This document shows positions 36,551 to 44,666 of a stretch of 61,702 nucleotides of DNA, one piece after another; the first letter of the stretch is position 1; each line of letters begins with the position of its first letter. Source of the DNA: Candidatus Woesearchaeota archaeon. GTDB lineage: Archaea > Nanobdellota > Nanobdellia > Tiddalikarchaeales > Tiddalikarchaeaceae. Below the pieces are notes generated by a model. That model was given only the letters and a program-made list of their open reading frames with translations, was not told the DNA's origin and searched no databases. A program made the translations under genes and the position numbers. The DNA lies in contig CAYWEY010000001.1 in the NCBI GenBank assembly GCA_964457955.1, forward strand, positions 38,277 through 99,978, read 5' to 3'.

Positions 36551-36801
36551 TCTTCCGTGAACAACCTCTCTAATCGTGGATGATTCTTGAATTTTAGTCC
36601 GGACTTCTCCCATATTTCGCGCTCATAAAAACCTGCGTTAGGAAATAAGGGAGTGATGCTATCTGTTTTCTTAACAGCTTTCACACGCGCCTCCGCCAAC
36701 TTGTTGCCAATCATGAAGTGATAAATAAGGACGGGTTCATTATAACTAATAGTGATGAGACGCGCTCCCTTACTTTTTAGTTTCTCAAAATCAACCTTCA
36801 T
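36547..36801 (-). CDS. mbhK: short NuoC/MbhK-like subunit (84 aa)
   Basis: SITPLFPNAGFYEREIWEKSGLKFKNHPRLERLF matches the NuoC core (s....fp.a.w.ERE..d..G..F.gHP). Only about half the usual length. Confidence 0.6.
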   Translation of the reverse strand: MKVDFEKLKSKGARLITISYNEPVLIYHFMIGNKLAEARVKAVKKTDSITPLFPNAGFYEREIWEKSGLKFKNHPRLERLFTEE

Positions 36802-36821
36802 TGTCTTTTATTAATAATTTA

Positions 36822-37376
36822 TTAATTGTTAAGTTTTTCCTCCTCCATATTTACTTTCTTTAATGATGTTCTCGTAGCCGGGCTTGAAGGAAGGAAAGGA
36901 CACTTAGTTGCTTTCACACTAAATTCGTAAGTCCCTATATTTTTTGCTATACTTATTATCTCATTCTTATTAAATCCTATGAGTGGTCGGAGAATAGGAG
37001 TACTTACTGCTGAATCAAGAACTCTCAAATTCTTCAACGTCTGACTAGCAACCTGGCCAAGATTTTCTCCAGTAATAATAAAATCAACACCCTGTTCTTC
37101 AGCCTTCCGGTACATCATACGTTTGCATATAATACAACGATATTTGGGTTCGCACTTATCAGCAATCTTTTCCAGCATCTTATAATGATTATAATACATT
37201 GTTCTCAACTCTTTTCCCGTAACTTTACTTAACTGCTCTTTCATCCTCTCCACATTAATATTTTTTTCTCCATCAGGACTTCCATTAAGTAATACTGGAT
37301 TTAATCCTTTCTTAATCATCAAGTAAGCTGCTACAGGACTATCAATACCCTCACTAATTAATGCCACTGCTTTCAT
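36822..37376 (-). CDS. stand-alone ThiI-type PP-loop ATPase domain (no THUMP)
   Basis: ALISEGIDSPVAAYLM (PP-loop SGGxDS with the first G replaced by E), TGENLGQVASQT, RPLIGFNKNEI, and Cys residues CIIC plus KCPF. Confidence 0.7.
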   Translation of the reverse strand: MKAVALISEGIDSPVAAYLMIKKGLNPVLLNGSPDGEKNINVERMKEQLSKVTGKELRTMYYNHYKMLEKIADKCEPKYRCIICKRMMYRKAEEQGVDFIITGENLGQVASQTLKNLRVLDSAVSTPILRPLIGFNKNEIISIAKNIGTYEFSVKATKCPFLPSSPATRTSLKKVNMEEEKLNN

Positions 37377-37412
37377 AAAAATATAAAATACTGTGAATCA
37401 TTAATAACTTTT

Positions 37413-38096
37413 ATGAAAAAATATTACTCGCGCCAAGAAAAATTAATAGACAATAAGAAATTATCAAAAAAGAAAGCACTAATAATTGGTTTAGGAAGTC
37501 TTGGATGCACAGTAAGTAATCATTTGGTTCGTGCAGGAGTTGGAGAAATAATAATTGTTGATGATGACGTGGTTGAAGAGTCAAACCTTAACCGCCAAAT
37601 ATTATACGACACAAATAATATTGGTAGAAGGAAGATAATAGTTGCTAGAAAAAAATTAAAGAAAATAAACAAGAATATTAAAATTACTGGATTAAGCAAA
37701 AAATTCAACAAGAACATGCTTGATGGTGTGGATTTAGTATTTGATTGTGTTGACAAATACAATATTAAGAAAGAAATAAACAAGGAATGCTTCAATAAAA
37801 GAGTTCCTCTTGTTTTCGGAAGCGCTGACGAGTATTACGGCATGACTTCTTTATTCATACCTGGAAAAACGCTCTGCCTGAATTGTTTGTCAAAAAAAGC
37901 AAGTCATTCAGGACAAACAATATCTCCTGTTCCAGGAATGGTTGGAAGCATTCAGGCAGTTGAGGGACTCAAGTACTTGAACAATAAAGGATTTCTGTTA
38001 ATGAATAAGTTATTGTATATTGATTTATTCAATAATAGTTTTGAAATAATCAGTATTAAGAAAAAAAAGGATTGCAGTGTCTGCCAAAATGTTTAA
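37413..38096 (+). CDS. ThiF/MoeB/UbaA-type E1-like adenylyltransferase
   Basis: IIGLGSLGCTVSNHLVRAGVGEIIIVDDDVVEESNLNRQILY is the Rossmann GxGxxG plus NLNRQ motif. CLNC...CSVC are zinc pairs. Confidence 0.8.
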   Translation: MKKYYSRQEKLIDNKKLSKKKALIIGLGSLGCTVSNHLVRAGVGEIIIVDDDVVEESNLNRQILYDTNNIGRRKIIVARKKLKKINKNIKITGLSKKFNKNMLDGVDLVFDCVDKYNIKKEINKECFNKRVPLVFGSADEYYGMTSLFIPGKTLCLNCLSKKASHSGQTISPVPGMVGSIQAVEGLKYLNNKGFLLMNKLLYIDLFNNSFEIISIKKKKDCSVCQNV

Positions 38097-38988
38097 TTGC
38101 GTCATAATCAGGTATAGTGAAATAGGACTAAAAGGAAAATACATCAGGAAGCGTTTCGAGAAATTATTGTTAAATAATATTAAGAAAGCAATAAGAGATT
38201 ACGAGCATGAAGGAGTGATTAAGAGTCCGAGACTAATAATATATTGCAAAGAATGCGGAAAAATCAGCCGTTTATGCAGCAATGTTTTCGGAGTAAGCAG
38301 TGCAAGCCCTTGCATAGAGATTAGTCAGAACTGGGATTTAATAAAAGAGACAGCGCTAAAAATTTACAATATAAATAAAGGAGTGTTCAGAATCACATGC
38401 AGACGAATCACAAAAGAATTTGAAAAGAAAAGCAGAGAAGTGTGCGTGGAATTAGGCGACTACATCAGAGAAAAAACAGGTGCGGGTGTAAACATGGAAG
38501 AATATGACACTAATATATACTTGGAGTTCTTTAAGAATAAGGCTTACGTGTTCAACAAGAAAGAAAAGGGATTCGGGGGACTGCCAGTAGGCAGTCAGGA
38601 TAAAGTAATAGTATTATTCACTGGAAGAACTAACAGCGCACTCAGCAGTTTGTTAATGATGAAAAGAGGATGCCACCCAGTCTTCCTGCATTTTGATACA
38701 GGAAATAAGAAGAGAGCTGAAAACGTTTTTAACAAGATAAAGAATAAGTATGCCAAGAATTTAGGACTAAGATTAATAATTAAGAAATTAAAAGAGAATA
38801 GTGTTAAGAATTTTATGAAAACTGCAAAAAAAATAATGAATGAAGAAGATTGTCTTGCTTTAGTCAGTGGTGAAACACTGAAGACTAAGAATAATTTCAA
38901 GTTGGAGAAAAGTATTATTAAGAAGCCTGTGTTCTATCCAATAATAGGATTAGACAGTGAAATTATGATTAAGAAACTAATGCAGTGA
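38077..38988 (+). CDS. ThiI-like protein: NFLD+THUMP domains fused to a degenerate, shortened PP-loop domain
   Basis: IIRYSEIGLKGKYIRKRFEKLLLNNI is the ThiI N-terminal signature. The PP-loop position reads LFTGRTNSALSS (SGGxDS lost). GQVASQT is replaced by KTKNNFK. Confidence 0.65.
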   Translation: MSAKMFNCVIIRYSEIGLKGKYIRKRFEKLLLNNIKKAIRDYEHEGVIKSPRLIIYCKECGKISRLCSNVFGVSSASPCIEISQNWDLIKETALKIYNINKGVFRITCRRITKEFEKKSREVCVELGDYIREKTGAGVNMEEYDTNIYLEFFKNKAYVFNKKEKGFGGLPVGSQDKVIVLFTGRTNSALSSLLMMKRGCHPVFLHFDTGNKKRAENVFNKIKNKYAKNLGLRLIIKKLKENSVKNFMKTAKKIMNEEDCLALVSGETLKTKNNFKLEKSIIKKPVFYPIIGLDSEIMIKKLMQ

Positions 38989-39183
38989 AATCCTTGCTCA
39001 CTGTATAATTCCTAGAACCATTAACAAAAACAGCACTAACAGTATTAGAAGAAGCACAATCCAACTCCCAATAATCAACAATTACTTCCCAACCCCCATA
39101 ACTATCAGTAATATCAGAATACTCAATGCCGCCAACAGTAATACTCATTCCTCACCAACAACAGGAGTCACACACCTACGCAT
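38969..39183 (-). pseudogene. possible remnant of a class-III-signal-peptide (pilin-like) gene
   Basis: ATG at 39183 gives MRRCVTPVVGEE then TGA (39145-39147). Compare MRKCVTPIIAIVLL of 41916..42290. After the stop, the same frame continues as hydrophobic VLLLAALSILILLIVMGVGK. An overlapping 59-aa ORF (38969..39148) encodes ...VFVNGSRNYTV. Confidence 0.3.
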
Positions 39184-39261
39184 ACTACTTAAAAAAATAG
39201 AGAAGATATAAAAAAGTTATTAAACAATATGGAAGGGGTTGGTTTATTGCATTCAAAAATC

Positions 39262-39289
39262 TATTTATTTACCATATGGTAAATAAATA
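39262..39289. repeat. perfect 28-bp palindrome in an intergenic region
   Basis: tatttatttacc atat ggtaaataaata: 12-nt arms are exact reverse complements, 64 nt upstream of the ATG at 39353. Confidence 0.9.
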
Positions 39290-39352
39290 TTAAAACATAA
39301 TTCCAGAACATTTTCAAAAACTTTTTAAGAATATTTTTCTAAATTATATTTG

Positions 39353-40324
39353 ATGCTTGAAAAATTATTAGTGGATGAAAGAATTCCTTTAGAGAAGAGG
39401 AAGGTATTAAAGTACGTTGTTAATTCTCTAAGTCCTTTAAGTTTTGAACTCACAAAAGACACTCTTAATGCTGCAGATAGTTTGGAAGTTCCTGAACTTT
39501 ATGATTTTAACCACGGGCTTAAGAAAAAGAAAAAAGAATATAAAGGGTTCTTGAAAGATTTAAGAAATAATTTTTATAACGAGTTGAAATCAATCATTGT
39601 TTTCGGTTCTTTAGCGCAAGGTTATTACTGGCGCTCTAAAGAACTGATTGAGAAATGCGAGCCAGATGAAGATGCTTCTCATGAGAAGAAAATCTTGTTT
39701 TATAGTACGGTTCTTGACTTGTTTAATTATCCTAGAATGAGTGATGTCGACTTATGCCTAGTAGGGAGTGATGATTTAAATAGTAGTGAGGTTAAGAAAG
39801 AGTTAAGTAAGTCAAGTTTTTATTTTGAGCATGCTTCAATAATAAGTAAAAAGGACTTCACTGATTGTTTAAAAGATTTTTATAAATATACTAAAAAAGA
39901 TAAAGGTAATGCACCGACTAATTTTGAAGTAATTCTTTTCGAGCATGAAGAGGATGAGAAAGTTAGAGAATTGAGAAAGAAATTAGAAAGTTTGAGAACT
40001 GAAAAATATAATACAATGATTGATTATTCTCTCAAAAGATTAGATAATAATATAAACAGGGATGAGATTGTTTTCAGCCAAGCAACTGTTATTAAGGCAC
40101 TGCATCAGTCTTTTATTATTAATTTCGACCCGATGATAGGAGAAGTTTATTTGCCAACAATTAATGAATATTATAATAATATTAGTGGAGATTACAAAAG
40201 TTTTGTTAATAATTTTTTTTATGAAAGAGCAGTTAATGACATGCTCTCTTCAGAAAGGATTGATAAATGGCATTTTCTTAAAAGATACAGGAAAAGTATT
40301 CTTAATAATCTGAAAAACCTCTGA
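39353..40324 (+). CDS. nucleotidyltransferase-fold (Pol-beta superfamily/MNT-like) protein with helical C-terminal extension
   Basis: VFGSLAQG ... MSDVDLCLVG matches the minimal NTase motif G[SG]x9-13Dx[DE]. ATG at 39353 (the track start 39350 is TTG). Confidence 0.65.
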   Translation: MLEKLLVDERIPLEKRKVLKYVVNSLSPLSFELTKDTLNAADSLEVPELYDFNHGLKKKKKEYKGFLKDLRNNFYNELKSIIVFGSLAQGYYWRSKELIEKCEPDEDASHEKKILFYSTVLDLFNYPRMSDVDLCLVGSDDLNSSEVKKELSKSSFYFEHASIISKKDFTDCLKDFYKYTKKDKGNAPTNFEVILFEHEEDEKVRELRKKLESLRTEKYNTMIDYSLKRLDNNINRDEIVFSQATVIKALHQSFIINFDPMIGEVYLPTINEYYNNISGDYKSFVNNFFYERAVNDMLSSERIDKWHFLKRYRKSILNNLKNL

Positions 40325-41114
40325 TTCCTTCACTATTCTTTTTTCTTTTCTTATAATTTGCTCTTACAATATAATTGTCCCCGTCAGGTTTTATATGAAT
40401 TTCAACACCTTTATCTCTCTTATATAAATCAGTTACTACTTTTGTAACGTCTTCCATACTCATATCTTCAAAATGAAGAACTAATTCACAACCATCCTCA
40501 TCTTTTGATATGACTCCATTATCAGTTATTATGTCAGTATTGTCCTGAATGTCAGGTTTTTTTTCTTTTAATAATTCATCAAGACTTGCCTGATGAGTTA
40601 TCCTTTCTTTCTTCTTTTCCTCAATAACTATATTTGATAATTCTTTCAGACTTTCTTTAAAATCATTCCTTAATTCTCTTAAATAAGGTTTCTTATTATC
40701 TTCAAGTGAATATTTTTTAGAATCATAATCAATAAAACCAATTATATCAACTTCCCCCATTTCCATCTCTTTCCTGGCTTTCTCAATCTCTTCCCTGTAA
40801 TTTTGATTATTCTTCCAGGAATGCTTGTCCCTGAAGATTATTCCAAAAGATGCTCCTTTATAATAAACGTTTCTTATGAATTCAAATCTCTTCTGTTCAC
40901 CAATATTCCATAAACAACAAGTTATGAGTTCATTATCCTGTATGCTTATGTCAACAGTATTAATATCCAATCCAACTGTTAATTTATACTTTTCCTCAAA
41001 CCTGTTCTTCATAACATCATAAAATGAATTCTCAATTATTTCTTTAGAACTGAAAGAATCACATAATCCCAAATAAGGGTTTCTTACAACACCTTTAAGT
41101 TTATAACTGCTCAT
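40302..41114 (-). CDS. Rab-like small-GTPase-fold protein with degenerate G1/G3/G4 motifs plus C-terminal extension
   Basis: KYKLTVGLDINTVDISI...CCLWNIGEQKRFEFIRNVYYKGASFGIIFRD aligns with the Rab pattern sY.sTiGvdF..k.i...l.iWDTAGQERF..i...YYRGA.G.i.vyD. The P-loop position reads RNPYLGLCDS (no GK[ST]). DTAGQ is replaced by NIGEQ. Confidence 0.6.
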   Translation of the reverse strand: MSSYKLKGVVRNPYLGLCDSFSSKEIIENSFYDVMKNRFEEKYKLTVGLDINTVDISIQDNELITCCLWNIGEQKRFEFIRNVYYKGASFGIIFRDKHSWKNNQNYREEIEKARKEMEMGEVDIIGFIDYDSKKYSLEDNKKPYLRELRNDFKESLKELSNIVIEEKKKERITHQASLDELLKEKKPDIQDNTDIITDNGVISKDEDGCELVLHFEDMSMEDVTKVVTDLYKRDKGVEIHIKPDGDNYIVRANYKKRKKNSEGIRGFSDY

Positions 41115-41181
41115 TTTTTTTATTCACCAAAAAGATTTAATAAGGATTCTCATTTATTAATATTACTGACTACTGAGAGTT

Positions 41182-41919
41182 GTGAATAAATTGATGGATA
41201 TTCTTCAAAAAGCAGGTTTAACAAAGTATGAAGCAATGGCTTATGAAGGCTTAATAAAGAATAAGTCTTTAACAGGGTACGAGCTTGCTAAAATATCAAA
41301 AGTTCCTTCATCAAAGATTTATGAAGTTCTGAATAAATTAGTGAGCAAGGGATTGGTTTCAGCAACTCCTGGAAAGCCGAAAAAGTACGAAGCAGTGAAT
41401 CCAAAAACTGGTTTGAATAACTTGTTTTTTGAAAAAATAGAGGAAATTAATAAGAAGAGGAAGAAAGTTAATGATTACTTCAAGAAGCATAAGTTTGAGA
41501 AAGGTGAAGAAATAGTCACTGTCCACAAGTCGGATAAGTCAAGACTTAACATTTTTGAAAAAGACTTGAAGAATGCCAAAAAGTATTATTATTCTTTGTT
41601 CAAAAAGATTCCGTCAATCAATCACCCCGTAACTAAAATAATAAAGAAAAAAATGGATGAAGGTGTGGATTTGAAGAGTGTTGTGACTCTGACAAAAAAT
41701 AATAAAGAGAGATTAAAAAAGTGGAGGAAGAAATTCCCAGAAACTTACAGAACATCAAGCTATACGGAAAAAACACGATTCGCAGTAAGTGACGACAAAA
41801 TAGCACATATAACAATAGTTGGTCCCAAGAAGAAAATATTACTAAGAATAAGAGACATTGATTTTGCGAAAATAATGAAGAAAACATTCCTAGAAGTGTG
41901 GAAAAAAGCAAAATCTTAA
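41182..41919 (+). CDS. TrmB-family transcriptional regulator
   Basis: LQKAGLTKYEAMAYEGLIKNKSLTGYELAKISKVPSSKIYEVLNKLVSKGLV is the TrmB N-terminal wHTH. Track start is GTG; an ATG at 41194 is an alternative. Confidence 0.75.
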   Translation: MNKLMDILQKAGLTKYEAMAYEGLIKNKSLTGYELAKISKVPSSKIYEVLNKLVSKGLVSATPGKPKKYEAVNPKTGLNNLFFEKIEEINKKRKKVNDYFKKHKFEKGEEIVTVHKSDKSRLNIFEKDLKNAKKYYYSLFKKIPSINHPVTKIIKKKMDEGVDLKSVVTLTKNNKERLKKWRKKFPETYRTSSYTEKTRFAVSDDKIAHITIVGPKKKILLRIRDIDFAKIMKKTFLEVWKKAKS

Positions 41920-42290
41920 CTAGGCAAGTATCCGGTGTTATTATTGTTCTGATGAAAAGTGGGCCAAGTCTTAGTTGTTTCAGAAGAGAGTATTTCGAAT
42001 AAAATTATTGAATCTCCAGTAGACACTACTAATTCATTATAACCATCAACAACAGATACATTCTCAACCATGTCACAACCAACATTAGATACAGCAACAC
42101 TATCCCCACGCACAGATACAATATTAAGACGACTACAATCACTCCCCGGACTACTACCAACAGCACTACCCGCTTCTTCAGTAACACTAGACTGAACATT
42201 ACTCATCCAAAAAAACGCGACACCAACAGCACCAACAGTCATAAGACTAAGAAGCACTATAGCAATAATAGGAGTAACACACTTACGCAT
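41916..42290 (-). CDS. archaeal type-IV-pilin-like protein (class III signal peptide)
   Basis: MRKCVTPIIAIVLLSLMTVGAVGVAFFW: a short charged N-terminus, then the (V/I)(S/T)P(V/I)IA hydrophobic helix typical of archaeal prepilins. Confidence 0.6.
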   Translation of the reverse strand: MRKCVTPIIAIVLLSLMTVGAVGVAFFWMSNVQSSVTEEAGSAVGSSPGSDCSRLNIVSVRGDSVAVSNVGCDMVENVSVVDGYNELVVSTGDSIILFEILSSETTKTWPTFHQNNNNTGYLPS

Positions 42291-42354
42291 AAATAAAAAG
42301 AAAAAAGAGAGTTTTTAAAAACTTTTTTTAAGAACTAAATACAATCTTATTATC

Positions 42355-43032
42355 ATGATTAAACTCGTATTGTTTGACATGGATAACACACTGGTTGATT
42401 TTTATAATATGAAAATCAGGTGCTTGAAAGAAGCCTTCAAAGCTATGAAGAAAGAAGGACTGGATATTAAGATTAAGAAAGGCATTAAGAAAATAATTGA
42501 GATTTATAAAGAATCAAGTTTTGACAGACAGGACGCTTTCCAAGAACTACTTAAGAGAGAGACAGGAACTATTGATTACCGCATATTAAGTGCGGGAATA
42601 GTTGGTTACAGAAAAGTAAGGTATAATGTGCTTAAGCCTTACAAAGGAGTAGTTGATGTTCTTAAATTCTTAAAATATAACAAGTTAAGAATAGGAGTTG
42701 TTACTGACGCTCCTGAACTCAGTGCGTGGATAAGATTGACGACTGCAGATATTAGTGAGTATTTCAATAAAGTCATAGCCGGGGTGAAGAAACCAAATAA
42801 GATGCCTTTCAAAAAAGCATTGAAAAGTTTTGATGTAAAAGCAGAAAACACAGTATTCATCGGAGATAATATAGTCAAAGATATTTACGGCGCAAATCGT
42901 GTTGGTATGAAAACAATCTTTGCGAAATACGGAGATTTTCTTGAACAAAAACAGAGTTCAAAACATAAAAAACCTGATTATGTTGCTAAAGAAGTTGATG
43001 ATATCAGAAGAATAATAAAAAAAATTATTTAG
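42355..43032 (+). CDS. HAD-superfamily hydrolase
   Basis: LVLFDMDNTLVD (DxDxT motif I), VVTDA (motif II-like), GDNIVKDIYGANRVGM (motif IV). Confidence 0.8.
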   Translation: MIKLVLFDMDNTLVDFYNMKIRCLKEAFKAMKKEGLDIKIKKGIKKIIEIYKESSFDRQDAFQELLKRETGTIDYRILSAGIVGYRKVRYNVLKPYKGVVDVLKFLKYNKLRIGVVTDAPELSAWIRLTTADISEYFNKVIAGVKKPNKMPFKKALKSFDVKAENTVFIGDNIVKDIYGANRVGMKTIFAKYGDFLEQKQSSKHKKPDYVAKEVDDIRRIIKKII

Positions 43033-43069
43033 TAAAATTTTTAAAAATATTTTTTTTAATTTAATAATC

Positions 43070-43624
43070 ATGATTTTAGAAAGAAAATTAGATGATATTG
43101 AAATAGATGAAATTACTAATGAATTAATTGTTAATTCTAAAAAACTCAGAGTAATAAGTAAAGCTTATGGTGTAGAAAACTTGAGAGCCAGGATTAATGA
43201 AGGAAGACTAGTTTTTTATATTAAGGAAGGAGTGAGTAAAGTAATAAAACTTGACTCTGATGATAAAAAAGAAAATAATATTAAAGGAAATAAATATTTT
43301 TATTCCCACAGAATGGATGATGAACATGGATTCTTAGAAAAATTAGGAACTTATTCTTACAGAGAAAGAGAAACTGGTTTTGATTATTTCATAAATTATT
43401 TAAAGAATAATGGTTTTGATGCAAGATTCTTTCCTATTAAAACAAATCCTGATTCACTGAATAATTTTTTGAAAAATTTTAATTATGAAAAACATGTTCC
43501 AAAGAAATACGTGATTAACTTAAAAAAACATAATATACTGGGAGAAGATAATGATAAAGTTAGTTTTGAAGAAAATAACGGATTATTCATAATAAATAAT
43601 ACGGGATTAAGGTATGAAAAATAG
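43070..43624 (+). CDS. hypothetical protein (184 aa)
   Basis: ORF only. Confidence 0.45.
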   Translation: MILERKLDDIEIDEITNELIVNSKKLRVISKAYGVENLRARINEGRLVFYIKEGVSKVIKLDSDDKKENNIKGNKYFYSHRMDDEHGFLEKLGTYSYRERETGFDYFINYLKNNGFDARFFPIKTNPDSLNNFLKNFNYEKHVPKKYVINLKKHNILGEDNDKVSFEENNGLFIINNTGLRYEK

Positions 43625-44207
43625 TTTATGCTCATTAATTAAATGCAGTAATTGCTGCAGGTTTTCTCTATATGATTCTAAGAAAATAGTGGATTGGATT
43701 AAAGAGAATGATGATGAAAAAGTCAGAAGTATTTTTGGAATAAAAATTTATGAAGATATTAAAAATACTTGTTATAAAAAAATAGTTAGGTATTTTAAAA
43801 AACTTAAAAAAAAGAAAAAAAACAAGTGCTACCTAATAAGTGATGATGGATGCATGATTCATCCTGAAATAATAGGTGAAGAAATCAGGCCTGAAGGCTC
43901 CTCAGGATTCTTATGCAGTGCTGCCAGAACATATGATGAGAATGAAAAAGCAAGAAACTTTTTTGAAGAAAACAAAAAATTCCTGAAAAAATTATTCGGG
44001 GAAAAGTTTTACATATTCAATAATCATAGACTAACAGATGCTTCCATATTCATAAAACAATTTATGAAAGAAGATGTAAATAAAGAATTATATGTTGAGA
44101 ATAAAAAATTAATCGAGTCTTATTTAATAAATTTTGATTTCCTTTACAAAAATTTTCCAGAGAAAGCATTATTGTTCAATGAAAGACTAAAAGATTTATT
44201 ATTATAA
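43614..44207 (+). CDS. YkgJ/CxxCxxCC-type putative Fe/Zn-binding protein (tentative)
   Basis: CSLIKCSNCC near the N-terminus and KCYLISDDGCMIHPE...RPEGSSGFLC resemble the UPF0153 pattern. Confidence 0.45.
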   Translation: MKNSLCSLIKCSNCCRFSLYDSKKIVDWIKENDDEKVRSIFGIKIYEDIKNTCYKKIVRYFKKLKKKKKNKCYLISDDGCMIHPEIIGEEIRPEGSSGFLCSAARTYDENEKARNFFEENKKFLKKLFGEKFYIFNNHRLTDASIFIKQFMKEDVNKELYVENKKLIESYLINFDFLYKNFPEKALLFNERLKDLLL

Positions 44208-44246
44208 CTAAAGTTTATAATTAATCAATTATTATTAATTCATTTA

Positions 44247-44666
44247 ATGGTTAAGAAGATTTGCTGCCTGATTTTCAGAAAACACGATATGAACGGACTC
44301 CAATATTTGGTTTTAAGAAAAAATTTGAAATGGACTGGATGGGAGTTTGTGAAAGGAGAAGTAAGAAGTGATGAGGCATTAATTGATGCTGTCAGTAGAG
44401 AAATAAAACAGGAGACAGGAATTAATGTTAAAATACATAGTTTCATGCCTTACTCTTATTCTTATTCTTATTTCAAGAACCTTAATTTTGTTGATTCAGA
44501 TGTTGCCTGCTTCGTTGCAGAAGCAAAGAATAGTGATGTAAAACTAAGTCAAGAGCATAGTCATTATAAATGGCTGGATTATGATGATGCTTTGAAAATA
44601 ATAGATTTTAAAGGCCCTAAAACTTTTTTAAAAACCGTGCACGGTCATTTAAGGAATTTTGTATAA
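44247..44666 (+). CDS. Nudix hydrolase
   Basis: GEVRSDEALIDAVSREIKQETGI fits the Nudix box Gx5Ex7REUxEExGU (with QE for EE). Confidence 0.8.
   Translation: MVKKICCLIFRKHDMNGLQYLVLRKNLKWTGWEFVKGEVRSDEALIDAVSREIKQETGINVKIHSFMPYSYSYSYFKNLNFVDSDVACFVAEAKNSDVKLSQEHSHYKWLDYDDALKIIDFKGPKTFLKTVHGHLRNFV

Noticed and set aside
36551-36613. 21-codon N-terminal extension of the hydrogenase large-subunit ORF
   Set aside because: It overlaps the NuoC-like gene in another frame. The ATG at 36550 gives an ATGA stop/start overlap and the conserved N-terminus MSQFNIPIGPYHPG.
39145-39147. In-frame TGA in the pilin-like remnant as possible stop-codon recoding
   Set aside because: TGA clearly terminates well-supported genes in this window (e.g. 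337..744, cca, the 1325-aa and 843-aa genes). A reassigned TGA is therefore not supported, and a pseudogene is more likely.
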